A stretch of 64,000 nucleotides of DNA from Salisapilia sapeloensis CBS 127946 (taxonomy: Eukaryota; Protista; Oomycota), in assembly GCA_023334545.1 (NCBI GenBank), contig JAADVB010000045.1:32173-96172 (forward strand), given 5' to 3'. Below, one piece after another: positions 33,463 through 44,315 of this stretch. The translations under genes and the position numbers were made by a program. Position 1 is the stretch's first letter. Each line of letters begins with the position of its first letter. A model generated the notes under the pieces. It saw only the letters and a program-made list of their open reading frames with translations. It was not told the DNA's origin and ran no database searches.

Positions 33463-33874
33463 ATGCTGTCCGTTGGCGAGATGCATGCAACGACCGTCTT
33501 CCTCTCCTTAGGACACTTGACGACGCTCGGGATCGCATCATGCAACATGCAACTACCTCTCCTACCTCACGTACGTACATACACATCCCTACCTTTTCAT
33601 CTACACTAGCTACAGCAACAGCCTAGATACTCTTGTACCTCGCAACGAGTCTGGAGCTCTTGCTAGTCGTCGACGGCGTCGGCTTCCACCATCCACAGGT
33701 CTATCTATGTCTCCAACCTCCCTGCCTACGCTCCTAACATCCAGACAGAAAGCTGCCATCCACAGCGTCAGCCATACCGCTGCGACCCTGCTCCTGTCCA
33801 CCCACGACCTCTCTCTCCTATGGCACCTCGTCCCCCTCCACCTCGTCCTCCTGTCCAACCTCCAACGCCAATAG
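33463..33874 (+). CDS. Candidate 101-aa Leu/His-rich hydrophobic protein, 3 exons, absent from the ORF track
   Basis: Introns 33571-33626 and 33699-33748 (GT..AG, 56 and 50 nt, ctaac branch site in the second) give an open frame that ends at TAG 33874. Confidence 0.4.
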
Positions 33875-33930
33875 AAAGCACTAGTAGCAACGTGTCTTAT
33901 TTACTTATCCAGTCCCAAGCAATCTACCAT

Positions 33931-36285
33931 CTAGATCTTGCCCTCGTTGACCTTCTTCATCATGTTCAACGCACTCCCGTGCTTGAACCACTCGATCTGC
34001 TCGTGGTTGAAGGAGTGCTTGACCGTCACGTCGAACGCAGCGCTGCCGTCCGCCGGCTGCACACGCAGCGTCAAGTCCTTCCCAGGCGCAAAGTCCTTCA
34101 GTCCGACGATCGACACCTTGTCCTTGCCGCTGATACGGTCATAGTCCTTCGGGTCGGCAAACGTCAGCGGGAGCATGCCCTGCTTCTTCAAGTTAGTCTC
34201 GTGGATACGTGCGAACGACTTGGTGATGACCGCGCGGCCGCCGAGGTGACGCGGCTCCAACGCTGCGTGCTCACGGGATGAACCTTCGCCGTAGTTGTCG
34301 TCTCCGATGACCACCCAGCTGATGCCGTCCGCCTTGTACTGTCGCGCCACGTTCGGCACCTTGTCAAAGGCACCCGTGAACTGGTTCTCGACGCTGTTGA
34401 TCTCACCCGTCTCGGCGTTCTCGGCGCCGATGAGCAAGTTGTTCGAGATGTTGTCCAGATGGCCGCGGTACTTGAGCCACGGGCCGGCCATACTGATGTG
34501 GTCCGTCGTGCACTTGCCCTTGGCCTTGATGAGCACCGGCATGTCCTCCAGGTCCTGTCCATTCCACTCGTCGAACGCTTCCAACAAGCTCAGACGCTCG
34601 CTGTTCGGGTCCACCTGCACCTCGAGGCCAGTCGAGTCCTCTGGCGGCGGCTGGAACGTGTTCTCGCCATGGTCAAATCCGGCCTTCGGGAGCTCTTCGC
34701 CGAAGGGAGACGAGAAACGGAACTCCTTGCCGTCCGGAGTCGTGATCGAGTCCGTCTCCGGGTTGAACGTCGTCGAACCGGCGAGCGTGCAGGCCGTCAC
34801 GATCTCCGGAGACGTCACGAACGCGTGCGTCATCGGGTTGCCGTCGTTACGCTTGGCAAAGTTACGGTTGTACGACGTGAAGATCGAGTTCTTGTCGCCC
34901 ATCTCAATGTCCGTACGGTTCCACTGACCAATGCACGGGCCACACGCGTTGGCGAGGGTGGTACCGCCAGCTTCCATGAACGTATCCAAGAGACCGTCAC
35001 GCTTGATGGTCGCGCGCACTTGCTCCGAACCAGGCGTGACGTAGTACGGGACTGGGAACTTAATACCAGCCGCACGCGCCTCCTTGACCAGACCGGCGCA
35101 TCGGGAGATGTCCTCGTAACTAGAGTTGGTGCAGGAACCGATGAGACCGGCACTGAGCTTAGTCGGCCAGTCGTTCTCCTTGCTTGCTTCCGCCATGTGC
35201 TCTCCGACCGTGTGGCCGAGATCCGGCGTGAACGGACCGTTGACCATGGGCTTGAGCTCGTCCAAGTTGATCTCGATCACCTCGTCGTACTCACAGCCTT
35301 CGTCGGCCTGGAGATTCGCCTTGAACTTCTCCGCAGCATCCGCCAGACCAGAACGCTCCGTCGCACGGAGGTAGTCGCCCATACGGTGCGTGAACGGGAA
35401 CGTGGAGCACGTGGCACCGATCTCGGCACCCATGTTACAGATCGTGCCCATACCCGTGCACGAGATGCTCTCGACACCCGGACCGTGGTACTCGACGATG
35501 GCACCAGTGCCGCCCTTGACCGTCAAGATGTCAGCGACCTTGAGGATAACGTCCTTAGGAGACGTCCAGCCAGACAACTTGCCCGTAAGCTTGACGCCAA
35601 TGACCTTAGGCGCCTTGAGCTCCCACGGCATACCAGCCATGACATCCACGGCGTCTGCACCACCGACACCGACGGCGCACATGCCGAGACCACCGGCGTT
35701 GGGCGTGTGCGAGTCCGTACCGATCATGAGACCTCCGGGGAAGGCATAGTTCTCCAAGACGATCTGGTGGATGATTCCGCTGCCAGGCTTCCAGAAGCCA
35801 ATGCCGAACTTGGCACCAGCACTCGACAAAAAGTCGTACACTTCCTTGTTCACGATGTTGGCTTGCGACAGATCCTCGTCCGATCCCTTCTCGGCCGTGA
35901 TCAAGTGGTCACAGTGGATCGTCGTCGGGACGGCCGTCTGCGGCAGACCGGACGAAATGAACTGCAGCACCGCCATCTGCGCCGTGGCGTCTTGCATCGC
36001 GACACGGTCCGGACGGAGCTTGAGGTACGTTTCACCACGCACAGGCGTCTGGTTGGGGTCATCCAAGTGGCCGTAGACAATCTTCTCTGCCAACGTCAAT
36101 GGCTTGTTTAGGTTCTTGCGGACGACCGCGAGGTTGGCGTCCATCTTGGCGTACGTCTGTTCAATGGACGGGCTGCCAGTCGGGTCGAGCACCGACAGTG
36201 GGGTTTCAGACTGGGAAGACATGGATCGACGGGCGACCGCGGCCGATCGCGCCTGCATGCGCGACGTCCGACGGAAAGCGAGCAT
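33931..36285 (-). CDS. ACO2: Mitochondrial aconitate hydratase
   Basis: 784 aa; presequence; [59 protein letters not shown]. Confidence 0.98.
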   Translation of the reverse strand: MLAFRRTSRMQARSAAVARRSMSSQSETPLSVLDPTGSPSIEQTYAKMDANLAVVRKNLNKPLTLAEKIVYGHLDDPNQTPVRGETYLKLRPDRVAMQDATAQMAVLQFISSGLPQTAVPTTIHCDHLITAEKGSDEDLSQANIVNKEVYDFLSSAGAKFGIGFWKPGSGIIHQIVLENYAFPGGLMIGTDSHTPNAGGLGMCAVGVGGADAVDVMAGMPWELKAPKVIGVKLTGKLSGWTSPKDVILKVADILTVKGGTGAIVEYHGPGVESISCTGMGTICNMGAEIGATCSTFPFTHRMGDYLRATERSGLADAAEKFKANLQADEGCEYDEVIEINLDELKPMVNGPFTPDLGHTVGEHMAEASKENDWPTKLSAGLIGSCTNSSYEDISRCAGLVKEARAAGIKFPVPYYVTPGSEQVRATIKRDGLLDTFMEAGGTTLANACGPCIGQWNRTDIEMGDKNSIFTSYNRNFAKRNDGNPMTHAFVTSPEIVTACTLAGSTTFNPETDSITTPDGKEFRFSSPFGEELPKAGFDHGENTFQPPPEDSTGLEVQVDPNSERLSLLEAFDEWNGQDLEDMPVLIKAKGKCTTDHISMAGPWLKYRGHLDNISNNLLIGAENAETGEINSVENQFTGAFDKVPNVARQYKADGISWVVIGDDNYGEGSSREHAALEPRHLGGRAVITKSFARIHETNLKKQGMLPLTFADPKDYDRISGKDKVSIVGLKDFAPGKDLTLRVQPADGSAAFDVTVKHSFNHEQIEWFKHGSALNMMKKVNEGKI

Positions 36286-36325
36286 TCTTATCGGCAGAGC
36301 GAGAGGGAGGTGATCGTCGACGGAT

Positions 36326-36341
36326 CAAATTCGAAAATGAG
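36326..36341 (-). promoter_or_regulatory. Oomycete-type Inr+FPR core promoter of aconitase
   Basis: Minus strand CTCATTTTCGAATTTG matches YCATTYYNNAWTTY, about 40-55 nt upstream of the ATG. Confidence 0.7.
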
Positions 36342-37409
36342 AGCCCTACGTTCCTTCCACTTGGCTTTTGTATGCACATGCCCTGGACCACCTAAATCTT
36401 GCGTCTGGCAAGACGATTGGTGGAAACTGGTTGATGAAACACTTCGGATTGGTACGTTGGAAGGGGAGGGGCGTCGGACCTGTGAAACGCAATATCCAAA
36501 GATGCTTGGAGCAATCATTGTGAGCATGATTATGAATGGGAAGAGGAGGTGGGGAGTGGAGGTGTCGATACGTGCTTGTCATCCGCTCGAGTAGAGTGGA
36601 GAGAGGAGAGGAATGTAGTGGGTAGATTAGACGAGAGTAGGATAGGAGGGAGCGATGGGTCGACGGAGACTATCTTGAGGAGGTGGAGGGAATGGATGGT
36701 CCTAGGAGACGCGAGTAGGACGAGATGGCAATGTGCATTTCCATTTGACGTGCTGTCAAGTCAGATGAACTGACTGCGGTACCTCCGACCTACACTTTGG
36801 TTTGATTCGCACAAGTGCGAGGATGCATGCTTAGCAGACGCTGACTGACGCTAGTAGATACGGACGAGACGCTTGTGTACCGGCTGCATCAGCATATCTT
36901 TGAAGCGACTGATGTTTAACGTGCAAAGTGTACCTCGTCACCGGCTACTGCTTCAACTTGGACAAGACCACCAGAATGCTGCCGAGCCATAGGGATGGGT
37001 CGGGCTCGTCCACTGCAGTCGTCATCTATCCGGAACCCGCCTACGTGTCTTAACACTTGCCTACTGGACCTCGAAATGTCCACAAAGACTTCTGTTCATG
37101 ACGTCTGCAACACACATCACAGTCGATTGATAACTACTATTAAGCTTGTACTTGTTAAATATGTCTTTCATGCATACGCCATGCTCATACATATTCTCTT
37201 GAAAGCGTACTCGATTTGAAATGCACAAGAGAACTCTTAGCAACGAACAACAAATTTTTATTTCAGCTGGTCGGTTTCTACTTTCTATGTGTGCTCCGTG
37301 CCTATTTCCGTCGATATTATAAAGATACGTCCTGCGTAAACGGAGCTGTGCAAGGTTCAGAGCCATTTATTCTATGCTCTACCGGAATAATGTGGAGGAG
37401 GAGTCGTGG

Positions 37410-38316
37410 TTAAGGCCGCGCTCGATGCTGTCTGCACCATCTCCCTTGGAGTATACACAAAACGTTGTGTAGTCGTGCACTTCCAATCTTTTCGTATATC
37501 CCATCCTGTGCTTGACATCCTATGGATATTACTCCACGGTTGTAGCAGATCAGAGCGTCCTTCCGTCGGTCGTAATGCCGTGAAATATGCAAGCAGGAGG
37601 CTATCGTCTCCATATCTTGCCAGCATGTTCTTTCGTCATTCCCATTCTCAGTTAAAGAGTTTGACCTTACCTAAAAACGTTCTACTCTTACTCATGTGTC
37701 TCTATCATGCTCCTCATCCTAATACGATTAAACTAGAGCTGCTGGAGTACATGAGAGTGGAGACGTCCGAAAGAAAAGAAAAGCATGCTTTATGTTATTC
37801 ATTTACGATTAAATATCGTCTACTTTATGAGCGTTCACACATCACTGTTCTACCACCATAGATAGACTCACATCATAATCAAGCTTTGATCACAATTTCG
37901 ATACCACCAGCATGATGGTCACATGGCACGTCCTCCGCATCATGGTAGGCGACCATGCATGACGAAATGCTGGTCTTTGTACAGTCAAGCACATTGGAAT
38001 CACTTTGAGTGGCAGTTTGGTTCCATGACCCTTGTGCTAGGTATGGTGATGGGTGTGCCCAAATCTTCGTTTCTTTCGGCATGTCTTCATCACCTTGCTC
38101 GGAAACTTCGTCCGTCCCTCCTGGCGTCGACACCAAGATAGAACGTGTAGGGTGTGCGTTATTGATATCGTCTTCAAGGTAATGTTCGTACTTTCTTGAC
38201 TTTATCGGATAGCCACATGTGTCTGAGAAGAGCTGAGCTGAGGCAGACGAGGCATGAGCCCACGGGCGAACGAAGCTAGTCTGATGCTCAGGAATGTCAG
38301 GATCAATATCCTTCAT
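37410..38316 (-). pseudogene. Possible decayed or orphan gene (145-aa ORF plus a downstream TPR-like fragment)
   Basis: ORF 37879..38316 looks protein-like and fragment 37410..37613 has KDALICYNRGV, but stops between them occur in all frames. Confidence 0.25.
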
Positions 38317-38530
38317 GACAGTCTAATGATGTTCATGCTAAATACTGATCCGCCATAGTTGGGAATTTACCTCTTATAATTCTATTCATGATAATCGAAT
38401 CGGGCAATTTCGCGTTCGTTGAGAATGGTCGATTTCGTCTTGCCACTCGCGATTGAAAACCCAAGGTAGCACTTAAATATAACTTTCCAATGAAACTAGG
38501 AGTACAAAAGCAAGTGATCGTTTATCTTTG

Positions 38531-38750
38531 ATGCAATCAGGAGTAAACGATCTTCGAGGAGACTCCAAGTCACGTCTGGGCCTCGACATGTGCAAATTTG
38601 AAAAAGCGCGCGAAAGGATTGGTAAACTTTTCGATTTACTTACGCTATTGAGCTCTTCGCTATTATTTCGGAACAGGAGATGTACAAGGTGGACGGAATA
38701 ATTGGGCGACTTTGCGACGCGCACTGTACCCTGTCCCACTGAAATGGTGA
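38531..38750 (+). CDS. Candidate 54-aa microprotein, 2 exons (intron 38622-38676)
   Basis: A GTAAAC..CAG 55 nt intron gives MQSGVNDLRGDSKSRLGLDMCKFEKARERIGDVQGGRNNWATLRRALYPVPLKW*. Confidence 0.35.
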
Positions 38751-39119
38751 AGAGCTCAATAGCGCAAATAAACCGAATGCAACTTCGACCTGAATGACTT
38801 CTGATGATACGCTCGACACTATGCCCCGCCAAAGCATGACAGAGGAGCGGACGATACGCGTGGATAGAAAAGGAAATGTGAAAAACGACGCAAGAGTAGA
38901 ACGAGCCGCCAGAGACTTGGGCATTGGTTCGCACTACATTTTTACGTTTTGTTCACAAAGTGCCTATAATTCCTTGCATAATACTCGATTACCCGCTCAA
39001 CGAACACAGCCTAGATAAACAATAGAAACCAAGCTACGAGTTAAGTGCTCATGCCATTTATTTTTTTTTTTGCTTTACGACTTTTACTTGCGCAGTCAAA
39101 AGCATCGAGATGCCGCAGT

Positions 39120-39419
39120 CTAGCAGTAGTAGTAGCCACCGATCACGCGGCCGAAGGGGCAATTGTTTCCGTAAATGTTCTGACCAGCGTTGTACCAGAA
39201 GTTCACCGGGTAACGATAGCCCGTGAAGAACTGACCTCCATTGTTGTAGCGATACTGATACCGCGTAGTCGTCACACTTCCAACCGAAATCGGTTGCGGG
39301 TCTCCAGTGATAATCTGTTCTTCAACTCCGGTCAGCTCCAGTCCTTCGGGCAAGTCCTCCGCGTACGTCGTCAAAGTGAAAGTGGCTAATGTGATGAAAA
39401 GGAGCGAGTGAGACAGCAT
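39120..39419 (-). CDS. Small secreted Tyr/Gly/Asn-rich peptide with 2 Cys
   Basis: Hydrophobic signal peptide MLSHSLLFITLATFTLTTYA, an acidic spacer, then an aromatic core ending NCPFGRVIGGYYYC. Confidence 0.75.
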   Translation of the reverse strand: MLSHSLLFITLATFTLTTYAEDLPEGLELTGVEEQIITGDPQPISVGSVTTTRYQYRYNNGGQFFTGYRYPVNFWYNAGQNIYGNNCPFGRVIGGYYYC

Positions 39420-39770
39420 TGTAGTAGAAGGAGTAGGGAAGTCTTGGTAGTACGCAGCGAATTGCTTAATGGGCAGGAGGAGGCTCTCGGTGTCGAACCT
39501 GTGGAGAGGTCAGAACGCAGGCATTTCAATGAAATACTCGGGATGTTTCCTGATGGCAACCTGCATCTAGATAGCAGTCCGGGTGGTCGGAGGAAAGTCT
39601 CTCTCGTCCAAACCGATCGATAAAGCTTTTCCACACTGTCATATACTACAGCTTAAAACGATATTCTTTGAGCACACTTTTGGGAGATACAAACAACATC
39701 TTTGGTGTCCCTTTTCAATAGCCTTCCAACCCCTTTACTCTCATAAACGAAAAAGAAGCTCCAAGTACAA

Positions 39771-40130
39771 ATGCCGGGTAAGCAGATGATTGCTTGCTTC
39801 TATCGCAGCACCAAGATCGAAACAGGAGATCATGTGCAATGGACTGTGGACGAGTCCAGCGATCGCAGTTTCTTTCGACTCATCGATGGGCAGTTCATCG
39901 AAATCCGTAAGCGTAGCGCCTATCTGTTGGACTGGACGGCCGAGAGTGAGGACGCGATGAAGAAAGTGAATATCAAGACATTTCCTCGTACATTCATTCA
40001 ACACATGATGACGAATGGCGGTCGGCATTTTCACTTAAAGCAGTTCGATACGATTGCGGCGTCCATTGCGGAAGGTGAGGACCCACCAGCTTTCTTGAGA
40101 CTTGTGATTAGAAAAACAGAAGTGGACTAG
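39771..40130 (+). other. Orphan 119-aa ORF, possibly a gene fragment
   Basis: Balanced protein-like composition; the upstream frames carry stops; no certain family. Confidence 0.35.
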
Positions 40131-41658
40131 CGTTCTGTCGTCTGGGCGTAGACAAGAGAGAATAGCAATAATAAGTCAATGGAATGAGCCTTTTAACCAC
40201 ATGTGTCTTCACCTACTTATTCCAAGTGCTCAGAAAACCAAGGCTACGGTCCATTTCTTAGAAAATGTCATCTTTGCTTCTATTTAGTGTGGTAGAAGCG
40301 TATCAAGACGGTCAATGTCGCCGGTACATAGCCCTAGTGTAGGCTTCGACTCGTCTTCGTCTGTCACTTTAGCAGCCACACCAGAGTTATTCGAAGCGCT
40401 AAAAGAGATGGACTTGAAGACAAAAGAGATGGCATTGATGCCGTCCGTTTCATCGGCAAAGTAGTCATTAAGCATCATGATGGAATCGACCTCCAATTTG
40501 GCTTTTTTGATGCAAACGGCAAAGAAATGAAGGGGTCAGTCGGATAGAAGTCTAGACATATGAGTATCCATCGAATTTATCTACAGTATGCTTTTGATTC
40601 TTGTTATATTCAGTAGAGATGAAGGGTACTGTGTGCTTGAAGTTTCCAGAGCGTACGTGCTGTCGAGAAACGTCAGCACATAGATGCTATTATATCTAAG
40701 CTGATGATGTTGGGATTTACACTAGGCTAATAGATTATGAGAGCGTCAAGTGGACTAGGGCTATCATTGCCACCGTGCATATTGGAGAGAAAGCAGTGAA
40801 CGTATAGGTGAACGCTCTACGAACCCTTGGTCAAGTGATCCTCTGACCGAAATCGATATCCGAATCAGTCTGAAACCCGATCCAATGCAGTGGTAAATAC
40901 ACAAGACGTCGTAGTGCATACGATAGCAATAGTATTTGTCTTCATGACTAGCGCTACTGGCAATGATAGAGAGGACCAGCAAAGTTTTCAGAGTCCTCCT
41001 CTAACTAGACAAGCAAAGTAAAGACGGAACGTGACCAATATATCCATGCCAGCAATTGTAAAGGAGACATGAGCCTATGTTGATCCCTCGTTCCGCTATG
41101 CTAACGGATTTAATACCGCTGAAGCTGATGCTAAAGGTACACACAACACCAACTCCTTATAATTTCTGTAATCAACAGAACTCTACGCATCCCCAAGACT
41201 GCACTGTAGCCATCACATTCTGATTGCACAAAAGGAGCCATCTCTACCTAGTATCTGAATATAGAATGTCCTAGCAAACGCGATCGATTTCTTCAGCACA
41301 CCTATATCATGATAGATCCAAAATCTGTAAACAACACAACAGAACTGCTACGCTCAGCACCGACCATACTTTACGCATGCTCATTATGGTCACCTCGCCA
41401 ACAAGCACTTATATCTCCATCCTATCTACTACACCACACATCCATCCATGCAACGTCCACCTCCATCCCACCCCTCCTTCCCTTCTACATCCAATATTCA
41501 GAACCAACTATATAACCACTTCAACAAGACGCACTATTCCGAGACGATTTGACTGGAGGGCAACCGAATGGACGAGTACTGGTGTCCAGGAGCTCATTTC
41601 CGAACAAGTCAAGCAGTGATCCTATTGTCGTGAGCTTCTTCGTACCTTCACTTCTACA

Positions 41659-42045
41659 ATGTCCGAATCCGCAGTCAACCCCAAGGCCTACCCGCTCGCG
41701 GATGCCAAGCTCACCGTGAGCATCCTCGACCTCGTCCAGCAGGCGTCCAACTACAAGCAGATCAAGAAGGGCGCCAACGAGGCCACCAAGACGCTCAACC
41801 GCGGTATCTCCGAGTTCATCGTCATGGCCGCCGACACAGAGCCGCTCGAGATCCTGCTCCACTTGCCGCTGCTCTGCGAAGACAAGAACGTGCCGTACGT
41901 CTTCGTGCCGTCCAAGGTCGCTTTGGGCCGTGCCTGCGGCGTCTCTCGCCCGGTCATTTCGGCTTCGATCACTTCGAACGAGGCGTCGCAGCTAAGTCCG
42001 CAGATCCAGTCGATGCGTGACCAGATCGAGCAGCTTCTAATTTAA
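41659..42045 (+). CDS. SNU13: Snu13/15.5K (NHP2L1) K-turn binding protein
   Basis: [68 protein letters not shown]. Confidence 0.98.
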   Translation: MSESAVNPKAYPLADAKLTVSILDLVQQASNYKQIKKGANEATKTLNRGISEFIVMAADTEPLEILLHLPLLCEDKNVPYVFVPSKVALGRACGVSRPVISASITSNEASQLSPQIQSMRDQIEQLLI

Positions 42046-42110
42046 ACGTGCTGCAACGCAAAAGCTCAATACAACAAGATTCCTTGTGCTCTGTATGTTT
42101 TTTATCTTTC

Positions 42111-42911
42111 CTACGACGTTGCGTTCATTAAAACGTACTCCCGTGTGCTTTCACCGAAACGCAGAATGTCCTTCTCCTTAAGCTCAATGTAGCGAGAAGC
42201 GTCGATCTGCTTGCCATTGAGAAACGTCCCGTTCGTGCTCTCCAAGTCCATGATGTACGGCCGAACATCCTGCTCGTAGCTCATACCGTCTTCGCTCGGA
42301 CGCTGGTAGAGCCGGTATTGCAGAACGGCATGCTGCTTGGAGCAAGACGCGTGCTCCGTCAGGATGTCCGCCACGGCCTTGTCTCTCCCAGCCAGGAACG
42401 CGCTCTTCCGATGGACATGCAGCGTCGCTACGTGGCTATGAGTAGCTGTTGTTTAAAAGCTTATTAGAGACGTACCGATGTGCTCGTCCTTCTTAAAGAC
42501 GTAGAGCCGGAAGCGGTGCGTCGGAACGCGCGCCTCTGGCGGCTCAGAGAATTTGAGCACGACGCCGTTCTGGAGGTTCCCCGTCTGCTTGTCCTTGGCG
42601 AGGGCACCGCTGAGGCCAAAGTTAGGCTTTTCCATCGGCACATCCTCCTCCTCTTCTTCTTCCTCTTCCTCCTTCTTACCCCACCTACATACTCCTTAGT
42701 CCATGTCTCTCTACCGTTCCCATCCGCCGTACTCGATGAGATGCGTAAAGTCCTGAGCCTTCTTCTCTTTGTTCTCCGGACTCGCGCGAGGTCGCGGCGA
42801 CGGCGATCGTGACCGGTGCTTCACCCGGTGCGACGCCCCTCGTGGCGACCTCGAGCGAGAACGGCCGCGACTACGCCCGTGACTCGAAGATCTCGACCTC
42901 GATCGCGGCAT
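42111..42911 (-). CDS. SNIP1: SNIP1/Pml1/DAWDLE FHA-domain protein, 3 exons
   Basis: RS-rich N-terminus; PNFGLSGALAKD, LKFSEPPEAR, RLYVFK, LHVHRKSAFL, HASCSKQHAVLQYR, PYIMDLESTNGTFLN. Confidence 0.93.
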
Positions 42912-42937
42912 TTTTGTCTCAATTTGAAAAGTGGGCC

Positions 42938-43548
42938 ATGGACGAGCTTCGAGCAGCGTTTCAGCAACTATGTGGCGACTATGACGACATGCTGGATGAG
43001 ATAGCGGGGGTCACGCAGCCCGTGGATGAGCGTGTGGGCTTGGCGCTCTTTAAAATCGATGAAGCAGCCGCACTCGCGGACGTCGTTCGGACGGATGCAG
43101 CCGAAGGCCATGGCGAGCTTATGCAGTGCCTGCTGGCCAATTGCGACGAGCTGGAGAGCATCTTCCTCCGCCTCGATATCATGCACCAGTACGTCGATAG
43201 AGTGCAGGACACGGCCAAGGAGCTCGAGAAGCGGACGGTGGCCGCCACGCGTGCCGCCAACGCTGTCTTTCGTGAGGAGAGCCCGATGCCCAACGTGACC
43301 AGCATGTTTCGGTCCTTCTCCACCAAGGTAGCATGTACAATCTCTGATAACTACAGCGATTGCTAACGCACGAGTACTAGAAAGGAGGTGAGGACGATGG
43401 CAAGTTGCATTGGGAGCCGATGGAGATGGATATCGATGCCGACAAGGTCATGGAGAGGCTTGACAATGCCGATCCTCGGCAGCTAGATGTCCCCAAAGCA
43501 GAGGATAGTGGAGAAGAGGTGGATGTGCAGGAACAAGCTTCTTCCTAG
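42938..43548 (+). CDS. BLOC-1 subunit 4 (Cappuccino)-like coiled-coil protein, 2 exons
   Basis: IDEAAALADVVRTD...ELESIFLRLDIMHQYV..V....ELE aligns by eye with the BLOC1S4 core; intron 43328-43380. Confidence 0.65.
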
Positions 43549-43651
43549 TCTCTTTATATGTAGCGAATGCCTAAGCAACAACGTTTTCATTCCGTTCAGC
43601 TCTTAGTAGTCAGATGCATCCTACGCTTCCTACTAGTACTCGTGCTAAGCT

Positions 43652-44173
43652 CTACTTGCGTCCAAGCGGAGAAACGTATGTCCGACGCTCGAGCTCTTCA
43701 TCGACACGCGCGAGCTCTTGCTCGACCTTGGCCTTCCGCTCCTCCAATTCCCGCAGCGACACCACTACGTGCACATATATGAACACGAAAATAGTGAAGG
43801 TAAACGCTCGCACGTACAGGATGTAGCGATGGATTTGGGCGTGTGGCTACTCTTGGACTTGGATGAACGAGTGGAACGTCGACAGAGACTGCATTCCTCC
43901 GTGCGGCAGCAAGTGGAGCATGATGTAGTCGATCGGCTCTTTGCCCAGAGATAAGTATACGAAATGCTTATAGAGGATGGCATAAGGGCGTACCGAGACG
44001 GTGGATGCAGTTTCGGAATCTTCTAGATAGCGGTAACTGCTCCTGTCAGACCGAGACGATGGGGCATAGTGTCTATCTCTTTGTTTACGTCCACATGTAA
44101 GGCGTAATGGACTGCCGTAACAACTTGGCACGTACCGAGACTGATGGCTATCGACTGTCCTTGCCGTATCCAT
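43652..44173 (-). CDS. Small Ser/Arg-rich protein with a CxxC-x4-CxxC cluster and a C-terminal coiled coil, 4 exons
   Basis: Three plausible introns give ...SCSTCCRTEECSLCRR...LVSLRELEERKAKVEQELARVDEELERR...GRK*. The start is uncertain. Confidence 0.45.
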
Positions 44174-44315
44174 CTTTCAAAGCACTACGTGAGACTTGTC
44201 GCTCCGACAAATTCTCTTCCAAGATGAAACGGACAGTATCTCTTGTCGCGACTGTTCCTGTGGAGGCGATTTGGCACATCGGCCATTCGAACGGTTGCTG
44301 CATGACACAGCAGTC

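Noticed and set aside
34459-36111. 550-aa plus-strand ORF antisense to aconitase
   Set aside because: Same codon-bias shadow effect; Arg/Val/Leu-rich sequence with no recognisable domain.
37406-37861. 151-aa plus-strand ORF and the 153-aa minus-strand ORF 38473..38934
   Set aside because: Non-ATG starts and composition like non-coding DNA; no motifs.
22693-42911. DCP2, PRP3, SNU13 and SNIP1 as an RNA-processing cluster
   Set aside because: Spread over 20 kb among unrelated genes; a large functional class, so expected by chance.
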